Shown here one piece after another: positions 35,721-51,513 of a DNA stretch of 64,000 bases. The notes under the pieces are model-generated. The model was not told the origin of the DNA. It did not search any database and saw nothing but the letters and a program-made list of their open reading frames with translations. Numbering within the stretch: the stretch's first letter is position 1; every line of letters starts with the position of its first letter. Origin of the DNA: Octopus sinensis (lineage: Eukaryota); the NCBI RefSeq assembly GCF_006345805.1, contig NC_042997.1, positions 193,440,001-193,504,000 of the forward strand. The letters run 5' to 3'. A program made the translations under genes and the position numbers.

Positions 35721-35864
35721 TCACTACTTTGGACTGGAAATTATTTTCATCAGCAACAAAAGGATGAAAGGAAGTGATGATCTCGATAAGATTTGAACTC
35801 CGAGTATACATGTATTCATACATGCATACAAACCTACATAAATGTATACAAATGTGCATACATA

Positions 35865-36997
35865 CGAGGTACGTTCATTTTCTTTCTTGCCAAAACTAAT
35901 GTTGCCTGGCGAAAATCCTTTGGATAGGAGGTGATGCCACCCTCGCTGTGGATGCGTGAAAATTTTCGCGCCGGTAGGCCGTATCAGTTCCCGGTTGTTA
36001 CGCCTAGAGTACAGACGTGTAGCGCCCGCTTGTCGGTTTTTCGTTTTCACGCAAGATGACCGAACGCATCAAGCAGAGAACACAAGCCCATGTTTCATCA
36101 CCAGTGATGATGGTCTTCATGAAGTCTGGATCGTGGTTTACACAGACCAGCATGTCCTGAGCGATTTCAATGCTGAGTTGCTTCTGTTGCCCCGCCAGCA
36201 CCTTGGGGACGAATTTTGCCGACACAAATCCTCATGCACAAATCCTCCGTTAAAATGTAATGCACTGATCCTGTGCTTAATTCCCACTTCGTGAGCAATT
36301 TCTTGGATTGTTAAACGACAATCTTCCATGGCTATTCACCAAACCCTCTCAATCGGTTTCTCGTTTCGGCTTGTGGATAGCCTGCCTGGGCTTGCTTCGC
36401 TCTCCTCTGAAGGGCGGTCATGTTTGAAGCGGCGAGCTGGCAGAAACGTTAGCACTCCGGGCGAAATGCTTTGCGGTATTTCGTCTACCGTTGCGTTCTG
36501 AGTTCAAATTCCGCCGAGGTCGACTTTGCCTTTCATCCTTTCGGGGTCGATAAATTAAATACCAGTTACGCACTGGGGTCGATATAATCGACTTAATCCG
36601 TTTGTCTGTCCTTGTTTGTCCTCTCTGTGTTTAGCCCCTTGTGGGTAGTAAAAAAATAGGTTGTACCACTCCTTGGTCTGAGTTATGCCAATGGCATCAT
36701 CGCCAAAAGCCTGCTTAAAATTCTGGATGGTTTGAGCAAGAGTATCACCAGGTTTTTAGCAAAGCTTGAAGTAATATCTCTGCTCGATGTGTTCGGTAAA
36801 AACGAAAATCAGTCGAGCGGGCACTATACGTCTGTACTTTAGGTGTATAGGCCTGGAGCTGGCACGGCCCACGGGCGCAAAAATTTCCATGTATGGACAG
36901 GAAGGGAGGCGTCACCTTCCACTCAAAGTATTTTTCCCGTACGGCATTAATTTTGCCAGAAAAAAAATGAAGGCGGATACTTTTTAAACACACCCCG
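35865..36997 (-). mobile_element. Mariner relic with two 5'-type ends
   Basis: TA-flanked; minus-strand transposase remnant (..AKFVPKVL..KTIITGDETW); left ~200 bp is another 5' end reading MTERIKQR on +. Confidence 0.85.
36429..36658 (+). mobile_element. S1 SINE inserted in mariner
   Basis: Interrupts tttgaagc|ggttgtacc. Confidence 0.9.
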
Positions 36998-37115
36998 TAC
37001 ATACATACATACATACATACATACATACATACATACATACATACATACATACATACATACATACATACATACATACATACATACATACATACATACATGC
37101 ATGCATACATACATA
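36998..37115. repeat. (CATA)n microsatellite
   Basis: Direct inspection. Confidence 0.95.
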
Positions 37116-37577
37116 CATGTGTGTGTGATATACTAATCTGACATGTCTCTCCATGTTCTATGGAGAACGGGATGTAACTCGGCTAATCTAATCTTGCGTA
37201 TATATATATTGTAAATTATATCTGATGATAAACCTTACAAACTTTAGCTGTCGTCGCTGTGACATATCGTATAATACAGGTGGGAACTGGCAAAACTAAA
37301 TACATTTGGCCACAGGTATTAGATTACACAACACAGTAATAACTAAATTTCTTTTGCTAACAGGATATACTTCACTACACATTTCATAAGACATTCATGC
37401 ATACATAGATGTATACGCTCATGAATATATACGACATACCTACAATACATATATACATATATACGTACATACACAAAAATAATATGCGCATACATACATA
37501 CATACATACATACATACATACAAACATACATGCCTGCATGCATACATACATACGTACATACATCCATACATATATAC

Positions 37578-37810
37578 TATTTCTTTATTGCCCACAAGGA
37601 GCTAAACATAGAGAGGACAAACAAGGACAGACAAAGAGGTTAAATCTATTACATCAACCCCAGTGCGTAACTGGTACTTAATTTATCGACCCCGAAAGGA
37701 TGAAAGGCAAAGTCGACCTCGGCGGAATTTGAACTCAGAACGTAACGGCAGATGAAATACCGCTAAGCATTTCACCCGGTGTGCTAATGTTTCTGCCAGC
37801 TCGCCGCCTT
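37578..37810 (-). mobile_element. S1 SINE
   Basis: TSD catccatacatatatac / cacccatacacatatac. Confidence 0.9.
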
Positions 37811-38146
37811 CCACACCCATACACATATACATCTTTGGTAAGGAGTTTGCAACTCCAGTACCCCAGATACACTTTCAGGTTTATGCTATTATTATTACAG
37901 GGAAACAGGATACATACTCACCCGTCTGGAGCAGAGTACGACTGAACTTGGAATCTTGGGGAGAGAATGCAAATCCGTTATTCATATGCTACAAATGATC
38001 ATGATATCTGGGACTTTAAGAATCTGTAAGACCTTCTTAAGACTTAAAGGATGACGGTTAAATAATGATACTTTCCTTCACAACCTTGCTTCCAAGTCGA
38101 TGGCCGGTCAAAATTTAGTCTAAATTAAAAAGGGAAAGAGAAGACA

Positions 38147-38314
38147 TATGCACACATACATACATGCATACATACATACATGCATACATACATACATGCA
38201 TGCATACACACACACACACACACATACATACATACATACATACATACATACATACATACATGCATACATACACACACATACATACATACATACATGCATG
38301 TATGCATACATACA

Positions 38315-38348
<34 letters not shown>

Positions 38349-38447
38349 CACACATACATACATACATACACACACACATACATACATACACACACACATA
38401 CATACATACACATATACATACATACATACATACATACATACATACAC

Positions 38448-38480
<33 letters not shown>

Positions 38481-38533
38481 CATTCATACATATATACATA
38501 CATACACTCACACACATATCTACCTACCTACCT

Positions 38534-38572
<39 letters not shown>

Positions 38573-38620
38573 TACATACATACATACATACATACATACA
38601 TACATACATACATACATTAC
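38147..38620. repeat. Compound (CATA)n/(CA)n microsatellite
   Basis: Explains the H/T/Y/I and C/M/Y/V ORFs in the track. Confidence 0.95.
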
Positions 38621-38818
38621 AAACACACATTCGACAAAAAAAAAATCAACTAGTAACACGTACGCTGCAAGTACAACCTGTAAGCAGGACAGCGAAAATA
38701 CGCAAAACTTTTCTCAAGTTCAGAAGGTGACGGAGCTTTGTATCTTCGACAGAAACCAACTCCTCTACAGGAAAATTTCACATAGTTAAAAATAGAAGAG
38801 AACTCGCGCGCACACACG

Positions 38819-38878
<60 letters not shown>

Positions 38879-38994
38879 CGCGCACGCGCACATACATATA
38901 ATACGACAGTGAGCTAAGAGAAATAACTAAGAGGAGATAATGTTTTGTATTTGAACAACAAAGACTAATAAAGATATATTAATCAACATAATAT

Positions 38995-39390
38995 AGGCGC
39001 AGGAGTGGCTGTTGGGTAAGTAGCTTGATTATCAACTACATGGCTCCAGGTTCAGTCCCACTGCGTGGTACCTTGGGCAAGTGTCTTCTACTATAGCCTT
39101 GGGCCGACTAAAGCCTTGTGAGTGGAATTAGTAGACGGAAACTGAAAGAAGCCCGTCGTATATATGTTTGTGTGTATATGTTTGCGTGTCTCTGTTTATC
39201 ACCTCCCATCGCTCGACAATCGATGCTGGTGTGTTTACGTCCCCGTAACTTAGCGGCTCGGCAGCAAAAAGAGACCGATAGAATAAGTACAAGGATTACA
39301 AAGAATAAGTCCTAGGCTTACAAAGAATAAGGCGGTGCTCCAGCATGGCCGCAGTCAAATGATTGAAACAAGTAAAAGAGTAAAAAAAGA
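38995..39390 (+). mobile_element. S2 SINE
   Basis: Family head, body and tail. Confidence 0.88.
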
Positions 39391-40391
39391 GAGAGTATTT
39401 GTGGCGTCAAATAGACGTAGCCACAATAAATAGACGTAGCCATTAATAAAACACACGTTAATATTTCGGTGCTCCCCCTGTATACTGTCATGCAATTTAG
39501 AGTAGTGAGCAAGTATTAAATCTTCGGCAGTTCGTGTTGCTGAGACAGGTTTGATTCTTAGATGAACGACTTCATCTCGCTTCTAGAACATGTGGTTTTT
39601 GATAGTATTCAAAAACTCCATCACGCTGATTTTCCTTCAATGAAATCGAAACCGTCGATGGTGATCGAACACATCTTGAATGGTTATACATTATGTGTCC
39701 ATTTACATTCCAGTTACTATTGGGATCTGTGCGTCCCTATGATTTTTATGGGTGGAATGTTCATGAAAGAATCGACTGTTAGGGTCGGGAAGGTAACAGA
39801 CCGCATGGGATGAGGTTTTGAACCATGACTCTTTAGCCGAAAAACCGGTTTTATTAATTCGAAAGACTGTGACTCATCGGGCGAGAGAGAAAGCTTCTAC
39901 ACAGTGATTCGAACTGCTAGAAATAGCAGCTAAATCGCACTCTACTATCTTAAGAAAGGACATCTAGGATAATGTTGTTCTGAATACTGAACAAACAAGC
40001 AAAAAAGAACGAGATGAACAAACCTCTACCCTTTTGAAGGTGATTTATTATATTAATTATCATTTCTACAATCGACTTTATTGATATTTGAATGACTAGA
40101 ATTCAATTCCGAAAATACTTAAGAATTCTTTTTCCAATTTATTCTAATTTAAGTGTTTGTCTATAGGGCAGTCTAGCGTTAGTTTAGAGGTGAAAGTAAA
40201 ATGAAAGAAAAAGATTAAAAAAAGATAAAAACAGGAACGACGAAATGATTATTTTATATACGTAAAATACAAAACAAAAACGTGCTAAAATGAAACCGTG
40301 CAAACTGAATACCGTGTAAATTGAGGGGCAGTTGTACTTATCGTCAGTAGTCTTCTTGTTTTCAGACAACCAAACTGTATTTACCTTAAAG

Positions 40392-40610
40392 CAGTGCTTT
40401 TCAAACTTTTTGCTGGAGCGGAACCCCAAGGAAACATTCCACTCGCTCGAGGAACCCCTAAGCAATAATTTAATAGTCTTATGCACACATAATCGCACAG
40501 GAGAATTAAAAATTACTGCCGATTTTAGCAGTTTGGTAACTTCTTGCGGAACCCCTGGACTGTACTGGCGGAACCCTAAGGTTCCACGGAACCCTGGTTG
40601 AAAACCACTG
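40392..40610. mobile_element. hAT (Charlie-like) MITE
   Basis: TIR cagtgcttttcaaac / ggttgaaaaccactg; exact 8-bp TSD ccttaaag. Confidence 0.92.
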
Positions 40611-40761
40611 CCTTAAAGGTATGTCAGTTTTGGAAATTCTTGGTTATTGAGATTATCTCCCCTTTCTCATTGCGAGTTGGTAACAAATGCCGTGAAGCGA
40701 TTCATCTTACTCTTTCTGGAAGTGGAAATAATTTTCAGCAAATCTATCTTGTAGTCTTTTT

Positions 40762-40992
40762 TATTCTTTTACTTGTTTCAGTCATTTGACTGCGGCAATG
40801 CTGGAGCACCGTCTTTAGTCGTGCAAATCGACCCCAGGACTTATTTTTTGTAAGCCTAATACTCATTCTATCAGTCTCTTTTGCCGAACCGCTAAGTTAT
40901 AGGGACGTGAACACACCAACATCAGTTGTCAAACGATGGTGGGAGGGGGGACAAACATACACACACACACACACAAACACACGCACACACAC

Positions 40993-41023
<31 letters not shown>

Positions 41024-41153
41024 TGTATGTATGTATGTATGTATGTATATACGACGGGCTTCTTTCAGTTTCCGTCTACTAAATCAGTAGGACTGAACCC
41101 GGAACCATGTGGTTGGTAAGCTAGCTACTTACCACACAGCCACACCTTCGCCT
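40762..41153 (-). mobile_element. S2 SINE with internal deletion
   Basis: Family head and tail. Confidence 0.85.
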
Positions 41154-41780
41154 ATGTTTCGCGTCAAAGATGTGCTCAAATTATCAGAGATCATGAGTAA
41201 ATATTTCAGTCTTTTCAAAACACCTTCAGTCGTACAAACAAAAACAAAAACAAAAATAAGGGTAACAGACAAACAGACATACAGAATAACAACACCAAAA
41301 ACACAAAAGCAAAACGAGTCCTTGATAATTGTTTGAAAGACAAACTGTTTGTAATACATTGTCAGTATGAAGTAGAGCAGAACAACATTTAAATTGATTT
41401 GTCTGTCTGACATGATGGCGAATAAATGTAGATTTTAAACTATTCAAATTTTCCACATAAATGAAGAATTAAAAGGTTAAATCAGAAAAATCCGATTCAA
41501 CAATTTCTTCTTAAGACTGAAAACAATAAAATGTTGCTCTGTTGTGATATTTTCTATCTTTAAAAAAAAAATATATATATATATGTACACACACAAACAC
41601 ACACACACACACACACACCACACACACACACACACACACAAGCACAAACAAGCACAAATAAAGGAAAGTGTGTATATACATATACACATACGTACATATA
41701 TATAAGTATATCTATATGTATACACACACACACATAATGTGAAAATATGTCTATAATAGTACAAATGTAAGTCTTTATAG

Positions 41781-41814
<34 letters not shown>

Positions 41815-41824
41815 TAGTAGTAGT

Positions 41825-41872
<48 letters not shown>

Positions 41873-42940
41873 TTGGCAGAATCGTCAGTGTCAGATAAAA
41901 TGCCTAGCGGTGTTTCTTCCGCCTCATTACGAAATGAGTTCAGACTTTGCTGAGGTCAACTTTGCTCCTCTCCCTTTCGAGGTCAATGAAATGAAGTACC
42001 AGTTAAGTACTGGGGTCAATGATATCAATTGAGTACCTCCTCCTAAAACTCCTGGCCTTCTGCCAAAATTTGAAACAATCATCATCATCATCATCATCAT
42101 CATCACCACCACCACCACACCACCACCACCACCACCACCACCACCACCACTACTACTACTAGTAGTATTTGGTTGGTACATTATTTCATCGATTCCAGAA
42201 AGGATGGAAAGCAAAGTCGACTTTGTCGGAATTTGAACCCGGCTTCCGGTCGTACATTTTAAGGAAAAGTTTTACAGTGCATTCAAATCAACCTCAGTTC
42301 TTATTTTACCATCCAAGAAAAGACAGGTATTAGACTCAGCTTCAGTGGAATTTGAAACCAGAACTTATAAATAACGTAACTAATTACTTCACTCTACTGG
42401 ATATTCTGTATCCCTATTAATTCGTCTACCCGCGTTCTCGTACCCGATAATCATGGGGGTTTAATGGGTTTCACTTGGTTAATAACGCCATTGGCTGAAG
42501 ACCAAGAAGAAATCATGAAATATATTAGGTATTGTTTGGTCACCTGTACTTGGCACGAGATACTGTCAGAAGCACAGTTGAAACAATGAGATAATTGTAA
42601 GATGTCGCTGCTTCTTCTACGAAACTGTCTTTCAGACAGGAAATTTACCGGAAATGTTTTAAATAGAAGATCGAGTTTCACTAGATTTGAATGTAGTTAT
42701 TTGTTCGTGCTTCGTTTGTTATTAATGTAGTGGAAATTTAGAATGATGTCATGGTTAAGAGAAGGTTCAGTGTAGATAATTGATATGGCGGCGAAGTTTT
42801 AGCTTACTGCTTAATAATAACAGTCTCTAACGTAGATACAAAACCATAAATTCCTTTAGTAGGAGGAAGACAGCCAGCTAAATTGACATCAGCATATGAT
42901 CTGTACTCATTTTACCGATCCATATATATATATATATAAT

Positions 42941-42971
<31 letters not shown>

Positions 42972-43185
42972 CTGGGAAGGTATAAATAATGGACTTTATA
43001 TATTCCTTTATTCTTGCAAATTCGACATACACCTGTTTCCGATAATCATTATAAGTTCGTTCATTGATCTGCTTATTCAATCAGCCAATTGATCAGTTAA
43101 GAGAAATTGAACGTTAACCCCCACCCCCGCTAAAACATCCAACTAATACTATCTTCATCGGAGTCGTAGTTTCGAATATATATAT

Positions 43186-43218
<33 letters not shown>

Positions 43219-43457
43219 GCGCCCTTTTAAAACCTAGCCAGGCTCATGGGCCCGGTTTCCCGGTTTCAATGGCGTATGTATTCCCCAGCTGGACGGGACG
43301 CCAGTCCATCGCAGCGTTACTCATTTTTGCCAGCTGAGTGAACTGGAGCAACGTGAAATGAAGTGTTTTGCTCAAGAACACAACGCATCGCCCGGTCCAG
43401 GAATCGAAACCACCATCTTACGATCATGATGCTGACAACCTAACCACTAAGCCACGC
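43219..43457 (-). mobile_element. S4 tRNA-type SINE
   Basis: Minus: tggcttagtggttag A-box, ggtttcgattcc B-box; 3' module shared with S3b. Confidence 0.8.
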
Positions 43458-43463
43458 TCATCC

Positions 43464-43523
<60 letters not shown>

Positions 43524-43552
43524 ATATATATATATATAATATGTAATATCTC

Positions 43553-43600
<48 letters not shown>

Positions 43601-44008
43601 ATATATATATATATTATATATATATATATATATATAATATACATACATGTATGCATACATACGTAGATGCGATAGATAATATCAAACGGATACAAAAAAA
43701 GGCGTATTATTAAAAAAATGTGTCCCTCTTTTGACATTCTCGCTGGCAGAAATATACTGAGTCTGTCTATTGGGAGCCTGTAAGCATCGATGCTATTGTT
43801 CGCAAGCTGCGATATGAAATAAATGATGTCAAATGGTGTTCATTGATTATGTTATATTTCAGCAGAGCCCAATCTGTTACAAACATTCTAAACATGTCTC
43901 TTGTTTGGGGATATTACAATCTTCCTTTCCACTCACTTACGTCTAGTCACGGATGGCCTGTAAGGTCACGGTCGTTGACCAAGCATTGAAATATTAATAT
44001 CTCTATCC

Positions 44009-44072
<64 letters not shown>

Positions 44073-44077
44073 GACTG

Positions 44078-45409
<1,332 letters not shown>

Positions 45410-45845
45410 TATCTAATAACCTGTTCCCCTGTCTGTCTGTCTGTCTGTCTGTCTATATGGTTAAGAAACTCGCTTTCAGGTTCAGTCCCATTACGCAGCA
45501 CCTTGGGCAAGTTGCTTTGGGACCGATTAATGCATTGAGAGTGAATTTGGTAGCAGAAATGTGTGTGGAAGTTCGTCGTACACACTCACACAAATATACG
45601 CACTCATATATACACACATAAACACACACACACATATGTATGTTTGTGTGTGTATGTGTTTTGCGTCGGTGTTTGTTCCACTCTCTCCGCTTGACAACCG
45701 GTGTTGGTTTGCTTACATCTCGATAACTTAGCAGTTCAGCAGAGGAGACTGATTGAATACTACCATCTTTAAAAAAAACGTAGTACTGGAGTGATTTGTA
45801 AGAGTATATCTTTCAAACGCTGGCTGCAGTCCAATAAGTGAAACA

Positions 45846-45923
<78 letters not shown>

Positions 45924-46296
45924 TAGCTTGATCAATCGACAGATAGATAAATAGATCGATAAGTAGACAGACCGATATTAAATGAAAGAAAGGATTTATA
46001 ATCCGGATGAATACGAATTAAGCTCTCTGCACACGAAGATTCACCAGGCTGTCAAGGTAATCCATATTTAACAAACTGTCACCAGTCCAGTTCTTAACTC
46101 CGAGGTTTGGTCACCAAGTAGAATTGATATGTTGTTACAGAGTAATATAGAAAATGTACACAAATAATTGATATTCATGAATTCTATTTGAGTTTGCTTA
46201 CAAGTGTTTCTCAATAAAATTTGGAGAAGTCTTGTTCCCTTGTGCAAACATCACATTTACCAATTGATCCATAGTTGGTACTGAGCTGGCAGAATC

Positions 46297-46525
46297 GGCG
46301 AGCTGGCAGAATCGTTAGCACGCCGGGCGAAATGCTTAGCAGTGTTTCGTCTGCCGAAATGTTCTGAGTTCAAATTCCGCCGAGGTCGACTTGGCCTTTC
46401 ATCCTTTCGGGGGTCGATAAATTAAGTACCAATTACGCACTGGGGTCGATATTATCGACTTAATCCGTTTGTCTGTCCTTGTTTGTCCCCTCTGTGTGTA
46501 GCCCCTTGTGGGTTGTAAAGAAATA
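46297..46525 (+). mobile_element. S1 SINE with duplicated head
   Basis: Flanked by ggtactga (46277-46284, 46526-46533). Confidence 0.88.
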
Positions 46526-46863
46526 GGTACTGACCAAATACAAGCTTAAAATAAATAAATAATTACTACTGCTGCTACCCTTTTGGTCAAATTCCTTATT
46601 TGGTAGTATGTTGAAGCAGCGATGAAGATAAAGGAACAGGTCCGTTCTCTTCTTTATTCAGTCGATTGATTAGGGATCGATTAATACATGTATTTATTTC
46701 GTTTGGAAGGATTGGCTGTGTGGTAAGTAGCTTGCGTACCAACCACATGGTTCCGGGTTCAGTCCCACTGCGTGACACCTTGGGTAAGTGTCTTCTACTA
46801 TAGCCTCGGGCCGACCAAAGCCTTGTGAGTGGATTTGGTAGACGGAAACTGAAAGAGCCCGAC

Positions 46864-46895
<32 letters not shown>

Positions 46896-47060
46896 GGGAG
46901 AATTCACAAAAAAGACAAAAGACGAAGCCAGGTGTTGTAGACAACAAATAGATGTATTAGTTTTAAAAATCGGGAAGTGAAAAAGTCTTTAACGTTTCGA
47001 ACCTATATACATAAATACATATGCATATATCTATATAATATAAAGATATATATATATATT

Positions 47061-47110
<50 letters not shown>

Positions 47111-48086
47111 AAAAGTAAAAATATATACAAACTGGGACAAGAACGTGAAACACCTAGAAGACGACACAAGAACCACAGGACACGGGACATTCGAAGCCCT
47201 CGCGCGTGTGTATGTTTCCCTCCTCTCTCCTCTCTATATATATAGATACATAGATTGGTATAACTATGTATGTATATACGTACACACACACGCACATACA
47301 TAAAAGTTAAGAGGGAAGGCTTTACACTGGGCCTCGGTGTCTAGCAAGAGAAAGGTATCCTCGAACCAGAGGCCTGTTTTGAATGTTTCTTACAGAGTTG
47401 TCTCTGTTAAAAGAGCTGAAGGTGCCAGGTGACAACGTTAAACCGGGTGACGGATTAAGCCCACCTAATATGTAGTCCATGGCGGGATTTGAACTTAGAA
47501 TGTAAAGAACTGGAACAAATACCACAAACCATTTATTTCAACATTCTTGCTGTCCCACTATTCCACCGATGTGGATTAGAACCTTTTTTTTTTTATCAAA
47601 CCCAGTTTATATTTGTAGTGTTCATGTTCTATTGAAAAAAAGAATGGTTTGTTATGATAATGATTTCTACAATAGGTAAGGGGCCTGAAATTTTTTTATG
47701 GCGGGGCTAGTTAATTACATCGCCCTCAGTGCTCAACTGGTTTTTATTTTACCGACCCTGAAAAGATAAAAGGCAAAGTCGACATCAGCGGAATTCGAAA
47801 TCAGAAAGTAAAGCCGGGAGAAATGCCACTGAGCGTTTCGCCCGGTGTGCTATCGCCTTTGCAAGCTCTCCACCGTAAATCTGTTATGATAATTATGATC
47901 AATACTCAAGGATTTATCAATGATAAGTTTGATAAGCTTAATAGATTGATTTGGTATAAAGTTATCTAGAAGTAAACTTGACGTCAGCGAGATTTGAACT
48001 CAGAAGAGTACAAGGAGACCGGAAGAAATATCATGAAGCGTTCTATCTGACGCTCTACCGACTCTCCTAATTCGAAGCCCAAAATA

Positions 48087-48647
48087 TTGGGTTGTCCGGA
48101 AAGTTCGTGCCGATTTTTAAAGGAAAGAAAAAGGTCAATAAATACTTGCCATTACATTTTAAATCACTCAGATATGAAACATTTTGTTGTACAATGCGTC
48201 TCCCTCTTTCCTTTAACTTGAAAATACCCTCTTCCCAGAATTGAGGTGGTTTCATGGCAAAGAATTCATCAAGGTATCTTTGTACGGCATCCAAGGAATT
48301 GAAATTTTTACCATTAAGACTATTCTACAGAGACCTGAATAAGTGGAAATCCGAAGGAGCTATATCTGGTGAATATGGAGGGTGGGGTAACACATCCCAA
48401 CCGAGCTGCAGCAATTTTTGTTTGGTTCCAAAAGCATCAAGTGCCGAAACTTGCTTATCTTCCATTTTAAAGGGTTACAGAATTAACACAGGTTATAGGA
48501 ACATAAACCTTCTTCCACAAAAAGATAGCTTAAACTGTGCTCTAAATGAAGGTGTAGTCAAATCCTATTTTATGGACTCAACCATGTTCTAAAATAAGTT
48601 GAAAGGTAAGCTACTATAAATGGGCACAAACTTTCCGGACAACCTAA
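48087..48647 (-). mobile_element. Internally deleted mariner
   Basis: TIR ttgggttgtccggaaagttcgtgcc, TA TSD; minus-strand PPYSPDIAPSDFHLFRSL..FWEEGIFKL remnant. Confidence 0.9.
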
Positions 48648-48952
48648 TATTATCCTCATCAGCTCACAATTTTACAAATAACAGACTGTAACATTGCTAT
48701 ACGAATAAACCCAACGGATAATCATGTAAATGTACATCTACATACACTTGATGTGTACATAATTGCATATATGGCACCACGGATAAATATTTGGTTGCAT
48801 CTACACACACACATATACTCGCTCTGCCTAATTTTCTCATTATTTTCTCAATTTGTTATTGTTCTATAAATTCTATCTGTAGATTGCATTTTTTTTTTAC
48901 CCGATAACTGATAACCCAACTATATTTTATATATAATTATACTCCACATGTC

Positions 48953-49091
48953 TTCTTCCACGAAAAGATAGCTTAAACTGTGCTCTAAAAGGAGATGTAG
49001 TAAAATCCTATTTTATGGACTCAACCATATTCTAAAATAGGTCGAAAGGTAAGCTACTATAAATCGGCACGAACTTTCCGGACAACCCAAT
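48953..49091 (-). mobile_element. Solo copy of the same mariner's 5' end
   Basis: Matches about 48507-48649. Confidence 0.85.
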
Positions 49092-49699
49092 AAAATACTT
49101 CACAAGTTGCTCTCCAGAGATACTCTCCAGGTTGCGATCTTATGTTCTACACATCTTCTTTCTCTCATCACCTGGTCTTATTTTATTTAAACATCATTTC
49201 CTTTTATATTTCATTGTTATTCTCCTCATATTCCTATAACAATCTAATTAGTAGGATGATATGAAGAAAGTTCGAGAAGAGATATTACTTTGCACCCAAG
49301 ATCAAAATAGCTCTTTTTAATCTATATACAAGTAAACATACTACTTTTTTTTTTTATCCAAACGTTCTGAAGCTAAATATGGACCATTGAGATGTAACCT
49401 AGTTTCATTCTGCAACGCTTGCTGAAAAACAAAACTCATTTGCCTTGAACACAACTTCAAATTAAACTACACACACACATACACATACACACACAATCTT
49501 ATACTTACTCAAAGGCAAACACATACGTATATACTGTGTGTGTGTGCGTATTCATGTATGCTTCTGTGTTTGCATATCTGTATATAGAGAGAGATGCATA
49601 GACGTAGATATACGTAAGTGCAGTACATATATACATAAGATAGAGAAACACACACATGCATAAACAGACAGACATTCGCACACATGTATATCTGTATGA

Positions 49700-49883
49700 G
49701 TGTATGTATGTGTGTGTACATACATACATACATACATACACACACCAAAAATATATACATGTATAGATACGTATATGTATACATATATATGTACATATAT
49801 GTATATATATATATATTATATTATATATATATATATATATATAATATATATATATATGTATATGTACGTATATATATATGTAC

Positions 49884-49930
<47 letters not shown>

Positions 49931-50125
49931 CATATATATATTATGTATATATACGTACATACATGCATGCATATATGTACATATAAATATATACATGCAT
50001 ACATACATGTACGTATATATATATATATATATACATACTTGTACATATATATACAATACATACATACATACATACATACATACTGTACGCATATATAAAT
50101 ACATATATGTACGTGTAGATAGATA

Positions 50126-50179
<54 letters not shown>

Positions 50180-50210
50180 ATATATATCTATATATATATA
50201 TATATATAAG
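49700..50210. repeat. TA/CATA-rich compound microsatellite
   Basis: Direct inspection. Confidence 0.95.
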
Positions 50211-50379
50211 CGTTTCCTAGCGTTACATCTATGTGTGTGTATACATACATGCACGCATATATACCTAACATTTACATTAAGACACACACATACATACATA
50301 TGCGTGTGCATGTATATGTATATATATGTGCTTACACATATACCTTCTACAGAAATGACTAGAAAATACATTTTTTTTT

Positions 50380-50511
50380 TTGCAGATTTAACACTTAATG
50401 GCAGCTCCTACAGTGGATTTTGGTAAGATTGAAGCACGGGCAGTCATGAAGTTCCTCTTTTTGCAAGGCAAAGGAGCGGTGGGAATCCATAGCGAGATGA
50501 AGGGAGTCTTG
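50380..50511 (+). mobile_element. Mariner transposase N-terminal fragment
   Basis: KIEARAVMKFLFLQGK..IHSEMKGVL, ending at a (CAC)n tract. Confidence 0.6.
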
Positions 50512-50586
50512 CACCACCACCACCACCACCACCACCACCACCACCACCACCACCACCACCACCACCACCACCATTATAATAATAAT

Positions 50587-50986
50587 ATCCCTTTCTATTA
50601 AAGGCAGAAAGCTTAAAATTTTTCGGGAGGGGACTAGTCGATTACATCGACCCCAGTGTTTCATTGTTATTTAATTTATCGATTCCGAAAGGATGAAGGG
50701 CAATGTCAACCTAGGCGGAATTGAGCTCAGAACGTAAGGAGCTGGACGAAATACCTATTTCTTTACTACCCACAAGGGGCTAAACACAGAGAGGACAAAC
50801 AAGGATAGACAAACGGATTAAGTCGATTACATCGACCAGTGCGCAACTGGTACTTAGTTTATCGACCCTGAGAGGATGAAAGGCAAAGTAGACCTCGGCT
50901 GAATTTGAACTCAGAACGTAACGGTAGGCGAAATACCGCTAAGCATTTCGTCCAGCGTGCTAATGATTCTGCCAGCTCGCTGCCTT
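50587..50986 (-). mobile_element. S1a/S1b hetero-dimer
   Basis: Junction atacc|tatttc at 50755/50756; the outer unit has the alternative tail. Confidence 0.85.
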
Positions 50987-51044
50987 AAACAACAACAATA
51001 ACAACAACAACAATAATAATAATAATAGTAATAATAATAATAAT

Positions 51045-51425
51045 GGTTTCAAATTTAGCCACAAGTGCAGCAATTTTGGGGAGGGGATGAGTCGATTACA
51101 TCAACCCCAGTGTTTCGCTGGTACTTAATTTATCGACCCCGAAAGGATGAAAGGTGAAGTTCACTTAGGTGGAATTTGTACTCAGGACGTAGCGGTAGAC
51201 GTAATACCTATTTCTTTACTACCCACTAGGGGCTAAACACAGAGAGGACAAACAAGGACAGACAAACGGATTAGGTCGATTACATCGACCCCAGTGCGTA
51301 ACTGGTACATTTTTAATCGATCCCGAAAGGATGAAAGGCGGAATTTGAACTCAGAACGTAGTGGCAGACGAAATACCGCTAAGCATTTCGCCCGGCGTGC
51401 TAACGTTTCTGCCAGCACGCCGCCT

Positions 51426-51426
<1 letters not shown>
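51045..51426 (-). mobile_element. S1a/S1b hetero-dimer
   Basis: Junction aatacc|tatttc at 51208/51209. Confidence 0.85.

Positions 51427-51513
<87 letters not shown>

Noticed and set aside
38115-38789. Long low-complexity ORFs here and at about 30300, 49500-50400, 52800-53400 and 62900-63350
   Set aside because: Translations of microsatellites.
47396-47428. 33-nt exon-like unit reading ELSLLKELKVP, reminiscent of the CDK EISLLKELK motif
   Set aside because: Too short, moderate donor, and no other kinase exon found.
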